Below, piece by piece: positions 41,203-55,558 of a DNA stretch of 64,000 nt. Position numbers and translations under genes: made by a program. Each line of letters starts with the position of its first letter. The first letter of the stretch is position 1. The DNA is from an uncultured Gemmatimonadales bacterium (GTDB lineage Bacteria; Gemmatimonadota; Gemmatimonadetes; Longimicrobiales; RSA9): contig OY970192.1 in the NCBI GenBank assembly GCA_963708135.1, forward strand, positions 1,440,001-1,504,000, written 5' to 3'. The notes beneath the pieces are model-generated. The model saw only the letters and a list, made by a program, of their open reading frames with translations. It searched no databases and had not been told where the DNA came from.

Positions 41203-41679
41203 ATGAGGGTGGGCATCGGGTACGACTCGCACCGCTTCGACGACGGACGGCCGCTGGTGCTGGGAGGTGTCGAGATTCCCGGCCATGCGGGCCTGGCAGG
41301 CCACTCCGACGGCGACGCCGTGGCCCACGCCGTGGCGGACGCCCTGCTCGGGGCGGCCGCGCTCGGCGACATCGGCAGCCACTTCCCCCCCTCCGAGGAG
41401 CGCTGGTGCGGCGCCGACTCCATTGATTTGCTGGCGGCGAGCCGGACGCTGGTGGAGCACGCCGGCTTCCGCGTGGCCAATGTGGACGTGACGGTGGTCT
41501 GCGAGAGCCCGCGCATCGGACCGCACGCGGAGCGGATGCGGCAGCGCCTCGCCGGTGCGCTGAAGGTTCCCGGCGAGTGCGTGTCCGTGAAGGGGAAGAG
41601 CAACGAGGGGCTGGGCTGGATCGGCGCCGGGGAGGGGCTCGCGGCCCTCGCCGTCGCCGCCATCGAACGGACGCGGTAG
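41203..41679 (+). CDS. ispF: 2-C-methyl-D-erythritol 2,4-cyclodiphosphate synthase
   Basis: GIGYDSH, GHSDGD..HA, GDIG.HFP. Confidence 0.95.
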   Translation: MRVGIGYDSHRFDDGRPLVLGGVEIPGHAGLAGHSDGDAVAHAVADALLGAAALGDIGSHFPPSEERWCGADSIDLLAASRTLVEHAGFRVANVDVTVVCESPRIGPHAERMRQRLAGALKVPGECVSVKGKSNEGLGWIGAGEGLAALAVAAIERTR

Positions 41680-41694
41680 GGCGGGGAGGCGTCC

Positions 41695-42306
41695 ATTCCG
41701 GGCCTGCTGCGCACCCTCGCGGCGCTGCCGCCACTCGTCAGCTACGTGGTTCTCGGCGTGGGAGCGGCGCTGGAGAACATCGTGCCCCCCGTTCCGGCCG
41801 ACACCTTCGTGCTATTCGGCGCCTTTCTCGCCGCGACGGGCCGCGCCGACCCGCGGCTCGTCTTCGTCACCACGTGGCTGCCGAACGTGGCCTCCGCGAT
41901 CCTCGTCTACGCGCTCTCGCGCCGCTTCGGAGCGCGCCTCTTCGCCACCCGTCCAGGGCGGATGCTGCTGCACCCGCGCCAGATGGCGCGCATCCACGGC
42001 TTCTACCGCCGGTGGGGCGTGGCGGCGATCTTCGTCAGCCGCTTCCTGCCCGGGTTCCGCGCGGTGGTGCCGGTCTTCGCCGGAGTGAGCGGCGTCGGCG
42101 TCTGGCGCGTGTCGCTGCCGATCCTGGGCGCGTCCGGCCTCTGGTACGGCACGCTGGTCTACTTCGGGACGCTCGCCGGCCACAACTGGGCGGCCATCGC
42201 CGCGCTGTTCGTCCGCTACAACCGGTTGCTCCTGTGGGCGGCGCTCGGGCTGGCGCTGCTCCTCGCCGCCTGGTGGGCGCGCACGCGCAGGTCCCCGGAC
42301 GAGTGA
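41695..42306 (+). CDS. DedA family membrane protein (start uncertain: ATT 41695, CTG 41704 or GTG 41746)
   Basis: ENIVPPVPAD, SRFLPGFR DedA motifs. Confidence 0.85.
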   Translation: MPGLLRTLAALPPLVSYVVLGVGAALENIVPPVPADTFVLFGAFLAATGRADPRLVFVTTWLPNVASAILVYALSRRFGARLFATRPGRMLLHPRQMARIHGFYRRWGVAAIFVSRFLPGFRAVVPVFAGVSGVGVWRVSLPILGASGLWYGTLVYFGTLAGHNWAAIAALFVRYNRLLLWAALGLALLLAAWWARTRRSPDE

Positions 42307-43190
42307 TGTTCCACCTCACCGCATTCCTGGATCATCTCGGCGTCGAGCGCGGCCTCTCGGCGCGCACGCTGGAGGCGTACGAGCGGGATGTCGGGCGTCT
42401 GATCGATTTCGTGCGGTCGCGCGGAATCACGGAAGTGAAGCAGGTCGGGGCTGGTGAGCTCCGCGACTTCACGTATCACTTGAAGGACCGGGGTCTGCAG
42501 GCCAGCTCGATCCGGCGGACGATCTCGGCCGTCCGCACGTACTTCGCCTTCATGCTGGCGGAGGGGCTCGTCGGAACGGACCCGAGCGACCGACTGGAGC
42601 TGCCGCGCACCTGGCGGCGGCTGCCGGATGTACTGAGCACCGACGACGTGGCGCGGCTGCTGGAGGCGCCCGACCCCGGCCACCGGCTCTACTGGAGGGA
42701 CCGTGCCCTGCTGGAGTTCGCGTACGCGGCGGGGGTGCGCGTGAGCGAGCTGATCTCGCTGCGGCTGCGCGACCTGGCGCTCGAGGAGGGGTTCGCTACG
42801 GTGCTGGGGAAGGGCTCGAAGGAGCGGCTCGTCCCGATCGGCCGGAGCGCGCGGCGGGCGCTCAATGTGTACCTGCGCGAGATCAGGCCGGGGCTGGGAT
42901 CGGGAGGCGGTGGCGGCATCGTCTTCCTCAACGATCGGGGGGGGCCGCTCTCGCGGATGGGGGTCTGGAAGATCCTGCAGAAGCACGTGAAGCGGGCCGG
43001 GCTCACGAAGCGGGTCACGCCGCACACGCTGCGCCACTCCTTCGCCACGCACCTGCTGGAGGGCGGCGCGGACCTGGCGGCCGTGCAGGAGATGCTCGGG
43101 CACGCGGACATCTCGACCACGCAGATCTATACGCACGTGGACCGGGAGTACCTGCGCGACGTGCACCGGCGCTACCACCCGCGCGGGTGA
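42306..43190 (+). CDS. xerD: Site-specific tyrosine recombinase XerD
   Basis: [48 protein letters not shown]. Confidence 0.9.
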   Translation: MFHLTAFLDHLGVERGLSARTLEAYERDVGRLIDFVRSRGITEVKQVGAGELRDFTYHLKDRGLQASSIRRTISAVRTYFAFMLAEGLVGTDPSDRLELPRTWRRLPDVLSTDDVARLLEAPDPGHRLYWRDRALLEFAYAAGVRVSELISLRLRDLALEEGFATVLGKGSKERLVPIGRSARRALNVYLREIRPGLGSGGGGGIVFLNDRGGPLSRMGVWKILQKHVKRAGLTKRVTPHTLRHSFATHLLEGGADLAAVQEMLGHADISTTQIYTHVDREYLRDVHRRYHPRG

Positions 43191-43299
43191 GGGGGCGGTC
43201 TCCGGCGCGCCCTTGTTCGGGTGTGGGGCCGCATTTACGTTCCCGTGCCGCCCGCCCGGCACGTGGGCGGGAGGACGAGAGCAGCCAGCGGTGGAGCGA

Positions 43300-43884
43300 A
43301 TGATCCTGGTCATCGACAACTACGACTCGTTCACCTGGAACCTGGTTCAGTACCTTGGCGAGCTCGGCGCCGAGCCGGTGGTGCGGCGCAACGACCAGGT
43401 CTCGCTGGATGAGATCGAGGCGCTGGGGCCGGAGGGGATCGTGATCTCTCCGGGGCCATGCACCCCGGCGGAGGCGGGCGTGAGCGTTGCGTGCGTGCGC
43501 CGCTTCGGGGCGAGCGTCCCGATACTCGGAGTGTGCCTGGGACACCAGGCCGTCGGAGAGGCCTACGGCGCACGGGTGGTGCGGGCGCGGCGCACGATGC
43601 ACGGAAAGGTCTCGCCCGTGCGCCACACCGGGGCCGGGCTCTTCGAGGGGCTGCCGGTGCCGCTGCGCGCGACGCGCTACCACTCGCTGGTGATCGAGCG
43701 CGAGACGCTTCCCGAGGGGCTCGAGATCGTGGCGTGGACGGACGAGCCGGGCTGGGAGGACGAGATCCAGGCAGTGCGCCACCGCCGCCACCCGGTGTGG
43801 GGGGTGCAGTTCCACCCGGAGTCGATCGCCAGCGAGGCGGGTCGCGCGCTGCTCGGGAACTTCCTCGCGCTCGCGGCGTCGTGA
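43300..43884 (+). CDS. Anthranilate/aminodeoxychorismate synthase component II (glutamine amidotransferase)
   Basis: [33 protein letters not shown]. Confidence 0.93.
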   Translation: MILVIDNYDSFTWNLVQYLGELGAEPVVRRNDQVSLDEIEALGPEGIVISPGPCTPAEAGVSVACVRRFGASVPILGVCLGHQAVGEAYGARVVRARRTMHGKVSPVRHTGAGLFEGLPVPLRATRYHSLVIERETLPEGLEIVAWTDEPGWEDEIQAVRHRRHPVWGVQFHPESIASEAGRALLGNFLALAAS

Positions 43885-45419
43885 TCCGGCGCCGGCGTGC
43901 GACGGCGCTGGCGGTGCTGGCGCTCGGGTCGGTAGTGGCGGCGCCCCGCAGCGCGCGGGCGCAGGAGGCGCCACGGGTCACCCGCACGGGCCAGGGCGAC
44001 CCCGCCGCGGACGCCCACATCGACGCCCTCCTCGCCCGCGGCGGCTACCTTCTCCTCACGCGGGACACCGTCATCGCGCGGGGCGACACGGTGCATCGCC
44101 CGGTGCTCGCGCTGGGCGCGAAGCTCGCGCTCGAGGGCACCGTGGCCGGGGAGCTCGTCGGCGTGACGGCGAACCTCTTCCTGCGCCCCGGCGCGGTGGT
44201 GCAGGGCGCGGTAGTGAACGCGGGCGGCGGGCTCTACCCCTCGGACCAGGCGCATATCGAGGGCGACACGATCGACGCGGCACTCGCCCCCTACGCCGTC
44301 GAACGCACCTCCGGCGGCTACACGATCGTGGGGCAGCTGAAGGGGCCGCCGCTGGTGTCGCTGGACGCGCTGAAAGGGTTCCACGCACCGGCCTACGACC
44401 GCGTCGATGGGCTCTGGCTCCAGTGGGGCGCGAGGCTGAACCTGCCCGGCGTCGGCCGCCTGCATCCCTTCCTGCACGGGGTCGTGGGCTACCGGGGACA
44501 GCTCCAGGATGCCACCGCCACGCTCGAGGCCGGCGCGGCTCGCGGCGGGACCCGCCTCACCCTCGGCGTCGAGCGCCTCACCGCCACGCCCGATGCCTGG
44601 ATCCGCGGCACGCTGCTGAACGATCTGTCGTTTCTGGCGGATGGCAGCGACTACCGCAACTACTACGACGCCGATCGCGCGTACGCGCGGCTCGGGCGCA
44701 CCTCGTCCCGGGGGCCGTGGAGGGTGACCGGCAGCGTCCGCGCCCAACTCGAGCGGGCCCGCTCCCTCGAGACCCACGACGCCTTCGTCATCGTCCGGCC
44801 GGGGAAGGCGCCCGACGACTCGCTCAGGACCAACCCCGCGATCGACGAGGGCGATATCGCGAGCATCACCGGCCGGCTCGAGGGTCGCTGGCAGGGGCCG
44901 AGCGCCACCTTCTGGGGCGGAGTGGAAGCGGAGGGCGCGCCCGCGCTCGGCGGCACCGATTTCTCCTTCGCGCGCTATGCGACGTGGGGGGACTGGCGCA
45001 TGAACGCGCTGGCCAACCACACGCTCGATGTGCGCTGGCGCTTCCAGGGGCCGCTCCCGGGCACGAGCTCTCTGCCGCACCAGCGGTGGACGTTCGCCGG
45101 CGGCTCGCCGACGATCTTCACCGAGCGCATCGGCCGCTACCCGGGGGACCGGCTGACCTGGGTCGAGACCGAGTACGTCATCCCCGGCGACCCGCAGCTC
45201 GCACTCCCCATCGTGGGCTCGCCCGCCCTCATCCTGCTGCACAGCGCGGCCATGGCATGGAGCCACGGCGAGCACCCCAGGCTGGTGCAGAACATCGGAA
45301 TCGGCGTGCGCGTCCTTCTCTTCGAGGTGCGTGCCGTCACCAACCCCGCCCGCCCGTCCGCGGACGCCCAGCTGGACATCGGCTTCTCGCAGGAGGTGCA
45401 GCGTCTCGGGCTGCCCTGA
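43881..45419 (+). CDS. Hypothetical exported protein, probable outer-membrane beta-barrel
   Basis: Signal peptide (ends SARA-Q); beta-helix-like V/G repeats; YDRVDG; alternating aromatic beta-strands. Confidence 0.6.
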   Translation: MIRRRRATALAVLALGSVVAAPRSARAQEAPRVTRTGQGDPAADAHIDALLARGGYLLLTRDTVIARGDTVHRPVLALGAKLALEGTVAGELVGVTANLFLRPGAVVQGAVVNAGGGLYPSDQAHIEGDTIDAALAPYAVERTSGGYTIVGQLKGPPLVSLDALKGFHAPAYDRVDGLWLQWGARLNLPGVGRLHPFLHGVVGYRGQLQDATATLEAGAARGGTRLTLGVERLTATPDAWIRGTLLNDLSFLADGSDYRNYYDADRAYARLGRTSSRGPWRVTGSVRAQLERARSLETHDAFVIVRPGKAPDDSLRTNPAIDEGDIASITGRLEGRWQGPSATFWGGVEAEGAPALGGTDFSFARYATWGDWRMNALANHTLDVRWRFQGPLPGTSSLPHQRWTFAGGSPTIFTERIGRYPGDRLTWVETEYVIPGDPQLALPIVGSPALILLHSAAMAWSHGEHPRLVQNIGIGVRVLLFEVRAVTNPARPSADAQLDIGFSQEVQRLGLP

Positions 45420-45425
45420 GGCGCT

Positions 45426-45454
45426 TTGACAGGAGGGCCGGCGGAGGTTAGATT
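45426..45454 (+). promoter_or_regulatory. Sigma70 promoter of kdsB-pyrG-kds-lpt operon
   Basis: TTGACA-N17-TAGATT. Confidence 0.65.
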
Positions 45455-45508
45455 TGTGGGCGTGAATTTTGCGTGGGCGGCGGCCCTTTTTTCGCATAAG
45501 ATGGGCGC

Positions 45509-48870
<3,362 letters not shown>

Positions 48871-48874
<4 letters not shown>

Positions 48875-49478
48875 GCCGGGGGATCGCGGCGGAGCTCGCG
48901 GCGCGGGTCCGCCTCGTCCTGCTCGATGTGGACGGCGTCCTGACCGACGGGGCGATCTACGCCGGCGCCACCGAGGACGGGACGGCCGTGGAGCTCAAGC
49001 GCTTCGAGATCACGGACCAGCTCGGCATCAAGATGCTGCAGCGGGCGGGCATTCCGGTCATCTTCGTCAGCGGGCGTGAGTCCGCGGCCACGCGGATCAG
49101 GGCGGCGGAGCTCGGCGTCGAGCAGCAGCAGATCCCGGGCGGCTTCAAGCTGGGCGCCGTCGAGCGGCTGCTGGCCGAGCGCGGCGTGGACTGGGACGGC
49201 GTGGCCTTCGTGGGGGACGACCTGGCCGACCTGTCGGTGATGCGTCGTGCGGGACTCCCCGTCGCGGTCCGGAACGCGGTGCCGGAAGTGCGCGCCGCGG
49301 CCCGCTGGCGGACCTCGGTGCCCGGCGGCCACGGCGCCGTGCGCGAGTTCGCGGAGGCGCTGCTGCGCGGCCGCGGCTCGTGGAGCGAGCTGGTGGAGGC
49401 GTACGTGGCGGAGCGCGAGGGGCGCTCCGCGGCGCCCGAGGGTGCCGCACGTGCGCCCGGTGGGGCGGGGGAGGCGGC

Positions 49479-49482
<4 letters not shown>
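48871..49482 (+). CDS. kdsC: KDO 8-phosphate phosphatase (HAD)
   Basis: DVDGVLTDG, GDDLAD, GGHGAVRE. Confidence 0.93.
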
Positions 49483-50485
<1,003 letters not shown>

Positions 50486-50489
<4 letters not shown>

Positions 50490-51040
50490 TGAATCCTATG
50501 AAGCACTTGGCGTTTTTCAGCGCTGTCGTCGTGGTGCTCGCAGGGTGCAGCGGCGGCGCCCAGGAGCCGACGGCGGGCGAGGGCTACCGCGCCCTGGCGG
50601 CGGATCAGGTGATGGAGGGGGTCCATCACTACTTCACCGCGGATGGTGTGCGGCGCGGCGAGCTCACGGCCGACTCGGCCTACATGTACGACGACTCCGC
50701 GCGAGCGGATCTGCGCGGGGTCCACCTGAAGATGTTCGACACGCAGGGGCGGGAGACGGCCACGCTGACCTCGCGCTCCGGCGTCGTCAACAACCGTACG
50801 CAGGCCATGGTGGCGCGCGGGGGCGTCGTGCTGGTCACGACGGAGGGGAACAAGCGGATCGAAACCGAAGAGCTGCACTACGACCCGAACACGCACCGGA
50901 TCTGGAGCACGGTGGCGAGCACGCTCCAGCAGAACGGCACGCGCGTGACCGGGGACGGCTTCACCGCGGACGACCAGATGCACAACCTGCAGATGACGCA
51001 TCCGCGCGGGAAGGTCGAGGGCATGAAGGTGCAGTTCTGA
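50486..51040 (+). CDS. lptC: LPS export protein LptC
   Basis: N-terminal anchor (LAGC lipobox-like); beta-jellyroll pattern (LTADSA, TEELHYD, VTGDGF); position after kdsD. Confidence 0.8.
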
Positions 51041-52845
51041 TGCGTGCCTCGCTCACGGGCCTGGCGTTCCTCGCCGCCCTGCTCGGCGGCGCCTCCGGCG
51101 CGGCCGCGCAGCAGCAGTGCAACCTGACGTCCGGCGCCAACGCACGCCTCAACCAGGTGAACCCCGGTACGCCGCAGTCGATGATCTTCATCGGCGGCCT
51201 GGCGCAGTTCACCTGCCCGGACGGCAAGGTCATCCGGGGCGACAGCGCGGTGATCGTGGAGTCCACGCAGCAGCGGTTCCTGATCGGCCACGCGTATTAC
51301 TCCGACGCCGAGAAGACGCTGACGGGCGACCGCATGACCTTCTTCGGCCGGGAGGGCAGGCTGACGGCGGAGCAGAACGTGGTGGTCACGGACAAGACGA
51401 ACGGGTCGGTCATCCGCGGGCAGTTCCTGAACTACGCCCAGCCGGCGGCCGGCCAGCCCTCGCGGGCGATCGTCTACGGCAACCGGCCGCACGCCGTGCT
51501 GCACGGAAAGGGCTCGGCGCCGACGCGCGCCCCGGCGGCGGCAAGGGACAGCACGGGCGTGGCAAGGGACAGCACGGGCGCGGCAAGGGACAGCACGGGC
51601 GCGGCAAGGGACAGCACGGGCGCGGCAAGGGACAGCACGGGCGCGGCAAGGGACAGCACGGGCGCGGCAAGGGACAGCACGGCCGCCGCGGCGCGGGACT
51701 CCGCCGCGCGCCGTCCCGCGGCCCCGGATTCCGCCGCGCGTGGCCCGGCGGCCCCGCCGGACACGACGACGACGATCGTGGACGCGGACCAGATGCAGCT
51801 GATCGGGCAGCAGGACTTCCATGCCACGGGGAACGTCAAGCTGGTCCGGGGAGAGCTGAAGGGGGAGGGGCAGCAGATCGACTACTCGCAGGTCAACGGG
51901 CACATGAAGCTGATCGGCAACGCGCGCATGGAGGGCAGCAACTTCACGCTCGAGGCGGGCACGATCGACGGTACCATGAAGGACAACCAGCTCGAGTCCG
52001 TCCGCGCCGAGTCCCGGGGGAAGCTCGTGGCTGACGAGGTGCGCGTGAACGCGCCGGTCATCCAGGTGGCCTTCATCAAGGGCAAGGTGCAGCGGCTGAT
52101 CGCGCTGAGCGCCAAGAGGGCCGATCGTACGGCGACGGACGGGGATGCCCGGGCCGAGGCGCTCGCGCGCGACATGCGGCTGGTGGCGGACTCGATCGAC
52201 GCGCTACTCCCCGAGCAGCGGATGGAGCGGCTGGTGGCGGTGGGCGGCGCGTACGGCGAGCGCACGAACGATTCGATCAAGGCCAAGCTGCCGGAGGTCG
52301 CCTCACGCGACTGGCTGCGCGGCGACACGATCATCGGCGTCTTCGCGCGACCCGGCATGCCGCTGGCCGCGGCCGACTCCGCGCTGGTAGTGGTGGCCGC
52401 GGACACGGCGAGGACGGCCTCCGATTCCGCCGGCGTGGCGGCGGGTGACTCGGCTGGGGCCGCGCATGCCAAAGCGCAGAAGAAGGCCAAGGCCGCGACG
52501 AAGCCCGCGCCGGGAAAGGTGGCGGGGGGACCCGCGGCCGCCGATACCACCGCGGAGCTGCGGGCGGTCGTCGCCCTGGGCGGCTCGACGCCGGCGAGCT
52601 CGATCTACCGGATGCAGGACAGGAAGAAGCCGGACCAAGGCCCCGCCATCAACTACCTGCTGGCGAAACGGATCGCGCTCGCGTTCCGGGACGGCGATGT
52701 CACCGCCGTGCGGGCGCAGGGCGAGATCCGGGGCGTGCACCTGCAGCCGGAGGCGGTGCCGGCGGATAGCACGACGAGCGCGAAGAAGAAGGGCGCGACG
52801 GAGCCCGGCGGCGGAGCCGGCGGGACGCTCGGGGCGCGGCGATGA
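51040..52845 (+). CDS. Large LptA/OstA-like periplasmic beta-jellyroll protein
   Basis: Signal peptide; OstA-like strands; located between lptC and lptB; low-complexity D-S/T linkers. Confidence 0.7.
   Translation: MRASLTGLAFLAALLGGASGAAAQQQCNLTSGANARLNQVNPGTPQSMIFIGGLAQFTCPDGKVIRGDSAVIVESTQQRFLIGHAYYSDAEKTLTGDRMTFFGREGRLTAEQNVVVTDKTNGSVIRGQFLNYAQPAAGQPSRAIVYGNRPHAVLHGKGSAPTRAPAAARDSTGVARDSTGAARDSTGAARDSTGAARDSTGAARDSTGAARDSTAAAARDSAARRPAAPDSAARGPAAPPDTTTTIVDADQMQLIGQQDFHATGNVKLVRGELKGEGQQIDYSQVNGHMKLIGNARMEGSNFTLEAGTIDGTMKDNQLESVRAESRGKLVADEVRVNAPVIQVAFIKGKVQRLIALSAKRADRTATDGDARAEALARDMRLVADSIDALLPEQRMERLVAVGGAYGERTNDSIKAKLPEVASRDWLRGDTIIGVFARPGMPLAAADSALVVVAADTARTASDSAGVAAGDSAGAAHAKAQKKAKAATKPAPGKVAGGPAAADTTAELRAVVALGGSTPASSIYRMQDRKKPDQGPAINYLLAKRIALAFRDGDVTAVRAQGEIRGVHLQPEAVPADSTTSAKKKGATEPGGGAGGTLGARR
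51538..51684 (+). repeat. In-frame 21-bp tandem repeat, 7 copies (GCGGCAAGGGACAGCACGGGC = AARDSTG)
   Basis: Directly visible; copy 2 starts GTG, copy 7 ends GCC. Confidence 0.97.
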
Positions 52846-54071
52846 ACGCGACGACGGTGCAGGCCTTCGCGGCAGGGCTCCGCCCGCACGAGAGCTCGGT
52901 GGGCCTGGCTTTGGTGGAGCTGCTGCAGAGGGCGGACGGGCAGGGAGTCGTGGAGCGCGGCTCGTGGCTCGCGGGCGTGCGGAACGCGTTTGCGCGGACG
53001 ACGGCGCAACATGACGGCGGGGAGGGCGAGGGCGAGCTGGTCCACGGCGCGCTCGAGTCGCAGGAGGAGCTGGTGCGCTACCTGGAAGAGCACGTGGTGG
53101 CGAGGCTGGAGGCGCAGCGGATCGCGTCGGCGGAGCCGGCGGGCGAAGGATGGGAGCACGTGCGCTTCGATCCGGAGCTCTGGGCGCAGCTCTTACCGCG
53201 GCGGGAGGCGGTGCTGGAGGAGCTGCAGCAGTCGGTAAGGATCTTGCTTGACGGGCGGGCCTACGGAGCCCCGGCGGCCGAGCGCGCGGCGCCCGCGCTC
53301 GTGGAGGGCGGGAGCACGCTCACGGCGAGCGGCATGGTCAAGGTGTTCCGGAAGCGGAAGGTCGTCAACGACGTGGACGTCCACGTCGCGCAGGGCGAGA
53401 TCGTGGGGCTGCTGGGGCCGAACGGGGCGGGGAAGACGACGACCTTCTACATGATCGTCGGACTCATCACGCCGAATGCGGGCAAGGTCTTCATCGATGA
53501 CGAGGAGCTGACCAGCGTGCCAATGTACCGTCGCGCACGCAAGGGGATCGGCTACCTCGCCCAGGAGCCTTCCGTGTTCCGGCGGCTGACGGTGGAGGAG
53601 AACATCCTCGCGATCCTGGAGACAATGCACCTGTCGCGGGGAGAGCGGAAAGCCCGCCTCGAGGTGCTGCTGGACGAGCTGGGACTGAAGCACCTGCGGA
53701 AGGCGAAGGCGTACTCGCTCTCCGGGGGCGAGCGGCGCCGGCTGGAGATCACGCGGGCGCTGGTGAGCGAGCCGAAGTTCATGCTGCTGGATGAGCCGTT
53801 CGCGGGGGTGGACCCGATCGCGGTGCACGACATCCAGCAGATCGTGGCCGGACTTCGCCACCGCGGCATCGGTGTGATCATCACGGACCACAACGTGGAG
53901 CAGACGCTCGACATCGTGGACCGTGCCTACATCATGTACGACGGCCGGGTCCGCGTGTCGGGGACGGTGGCCGAGCTGGTGTGGAACGACGAGGTGGCCG
54001 AGATCTACTTCGGCCCCACGCTGACCGCTCGCATGCGCGAGCGATACCGTCGACCGGAAGTGGTTGTATGA
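52842..54071 (+). CDS. lptB: LPS export ABC ATPase with N-terminal extension
   Basis: GPNGAGKTT, YLAQEPSVFR, LSGGERRR, LLDEPFAGVDP, ITDHNV. Confidence 0.92.
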   Translation: MNATTVQAFAAGLRPHESSVGLALVELLQRADGQGVVERGSWLAGVRNAFARTTAQHDGGEGEGELVHGALESQEELVRYLEEHVVARLEAQRIASAEPAGEGWEHVRFDPELWAQLLPRREAVLEELQQSVRILLDGRAYGAPAAERAAPALVEGGSTLTASGMVKVFRKRKVVNDVDVHVAQGEIVGLLGPNGAGKTTTFYMIVGLITPNAGKVFIDDEELTSVPMYRRARKGIGYLAQEPSVFRRLTVEENILAILETMHLSRGERKARLEVLLDELGLKHLRKAKAYSLSGGERRRLEITRALVSEPKFMLLDEPFAGVDPIAVHDIQQIVAGLRHRGIGVIITDHNVEQTLDIVDRAYIMYDGRVRVSGTVAELVWNDEVAEIYFGPTLTARMRERYRRPEVVV

Positions 54072-55531
54072 GCATACGTACGGGGCTGTTCCAGGGGACA
54101 CAGCTCAGGCAGGAGATGAAGATCAATCCGCGCCTGTACCAGGCGATGGATCTTCTCTACATGCCTCTGCTGGACCTGCAGCAGCACATCAAGCAGGAAA
54201 TGCTGAACAATCCGTTCCTCGACCTCGAGGAGCCGGCGGTCGCGGAGGACGAGGCGACGCTGACGGAGCAGCAGAAGGAGAAGGAGGAGAAGGAGAAGGA
54301 GAAGGACGAGGAGATCGACTGGGAGGAGATCCTCCTGGACGGCTTCGAGGCGGGCGGCCGGCGGCAGGAGTACGAGGAGAAGGAGTACTACGAGCCGGTG
54401 CCGGTGGACACGCAGGACCTCTACGACTATCTGCGCGAGCAGCTCACATTGATGCGGCTCTCGGACCGGCAGATGCTGCTGGGCGACGAGATCATCGGCA
54501 ACATCGACGAGGACGGCTACCTGACCTGCTCGGTGGAGGACGTGGTCACCGGGCTGAACAAGTGGATCGAGAGCGAGGAATCGGGGTGGTCGCCGGGGGA
54601 GATTCCGGCCTACTCGGTGGCGGAAGGGGAGGAGATGCTGCAGGTGGTGCAGGGCTTCGATCCTCCGGGGATCGCCGCGCGGGACCTGCGCGAGTGCCTG
54701 CTGCTGCAGATGCGTGACGAGGGGCTGGAGGACACGCTGGCGTTCCGGATCGTGCGCGAGTACTACGACCAGCTGATCAACCACCGGTGGTCGGAGATCT
54801 CGAAGGAGCTCTCGATCACGCCGAAGGACGTGCAGGCGGCGGCGGACGAGGTGGCGAAGCTGGACCCGAAGCCTGGACTCAAGCACTCCGCGCCGGCCGA
54901 CAACTACGTGATCGCGGACCTGATCGTCGACAAGATCGACGGAGAGTACCTGGTCTTCCTGAACGACACGAGCCTGCCGCGGCTGAAGCTGTCGCGGGCG
55001 TATCGCGAGATCGCGAAGGACAAGAACAAGTTCAAGGGGGAGAACAAGGAGTTCATCTCGAACAAGCTGAACAGCGCGAACTGGATGATCCAGGCGATCG
55101 AGCAGCGGCGCCAGACGATGCTGAAGGTCATGAACTTCATCGTGGACCGGCAGCGCGAGTTCTTCGAGAAGGGCGTGCAGTACCTCAAGCCGCTGACGCT
55201 GCGCGAGGTGGCCGAGGTGATCAACATGCACGAGTCGACCGTCTCGCGGGTGACGAACGAGAAGTTCGTGCAGACGCCCAGGGGTGTGCTGCCGCTCAAG
55301 TTCTTCTTCTCGAGCGGGCTGTCCACGACGTCGGGCGAGGACGTCAGCGCGCGCGGGATCAAGGCGAAGATCCAGAAGCTGGTGGACGAGGAGAACCCGA
55401 AGCGGCCGCTGACGGACCAGGCGATCGTGAACATCCTGAAGGAAGAGGGCATCCAGATCGCCCGCCGCACGGTGGCGAAGTACCGCGACCAGCTGGGCAT
55501 CCTCTCGGCGCGGATGCGCAAGCGGGTGTAG
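54068..55531 (+). CDS. rpoN: RNA polymerase sigma-54
   Basis: NPFL, HESTVSR, RpoN box ARRTVAKYR. Confidence 0.97.
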   Translation: MSIRTGLFQGTQLRQEMKINPRLYQAMDLLYMPLLDLQQHIKQEMLNNPFLDLEEPAVAEDEATLTEQQKEKEEKEKEKDEEIDWEEILLDGFEAGGRRQEYEEKEYYEPVPVDTQDLYDYLREQLTLMRLSDRQMLLGDEIIGNIDEDGYLTCSVEDVVTGLNKWIESEESGWSPGEIPAYSVAEGEEMLQVVQGFDPPGIAARDLRECLLLQMRDEGLEDTLAFRIVREYYDQLINHRWSEISKELSITPKDVQAAADEVAKLDPKPGLKHSAPADNYVIADLIVDKIDGEYLVFLNDTSLPRLKLSRAYREIAKDKNKFKGENKEFISNKLNSANWMIQAIEQRRQTMLKVMNFIVDRQREFFEKGVQYLKPLTLREVAEVINMHESTVSRVTNEKFVQTPRGVLPLKFFFSSGLSTTSGEDVSARGIKAKIQKLVDEENPKRPLTDQAIVNILKEEGIQIARRTVAKYRDQLGILSARMRKRV

Positions 55532-55558
55532 GCCTCCGGCCTCGGAGCAGGGATCTCG

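Noticed and set aside
42306..43190. Tyrosine recombinase as phage/ICE integrase
   Set aside because: XerD-like length and motifs, overlapping start with a housekeeping gene, no att sites or cargo seen
51538..51684. Repeat array as CRISPR
   Set aside because: Head-to-tail 21-bp units with no spacers, in frame within a CDS, and no cas genes nearby
54265..54315. GAGAAG-type repeats in rpoN
   Set aside because: Encode an ordinary Glu/Lys-rich stretch in the variable region II of sigma-54
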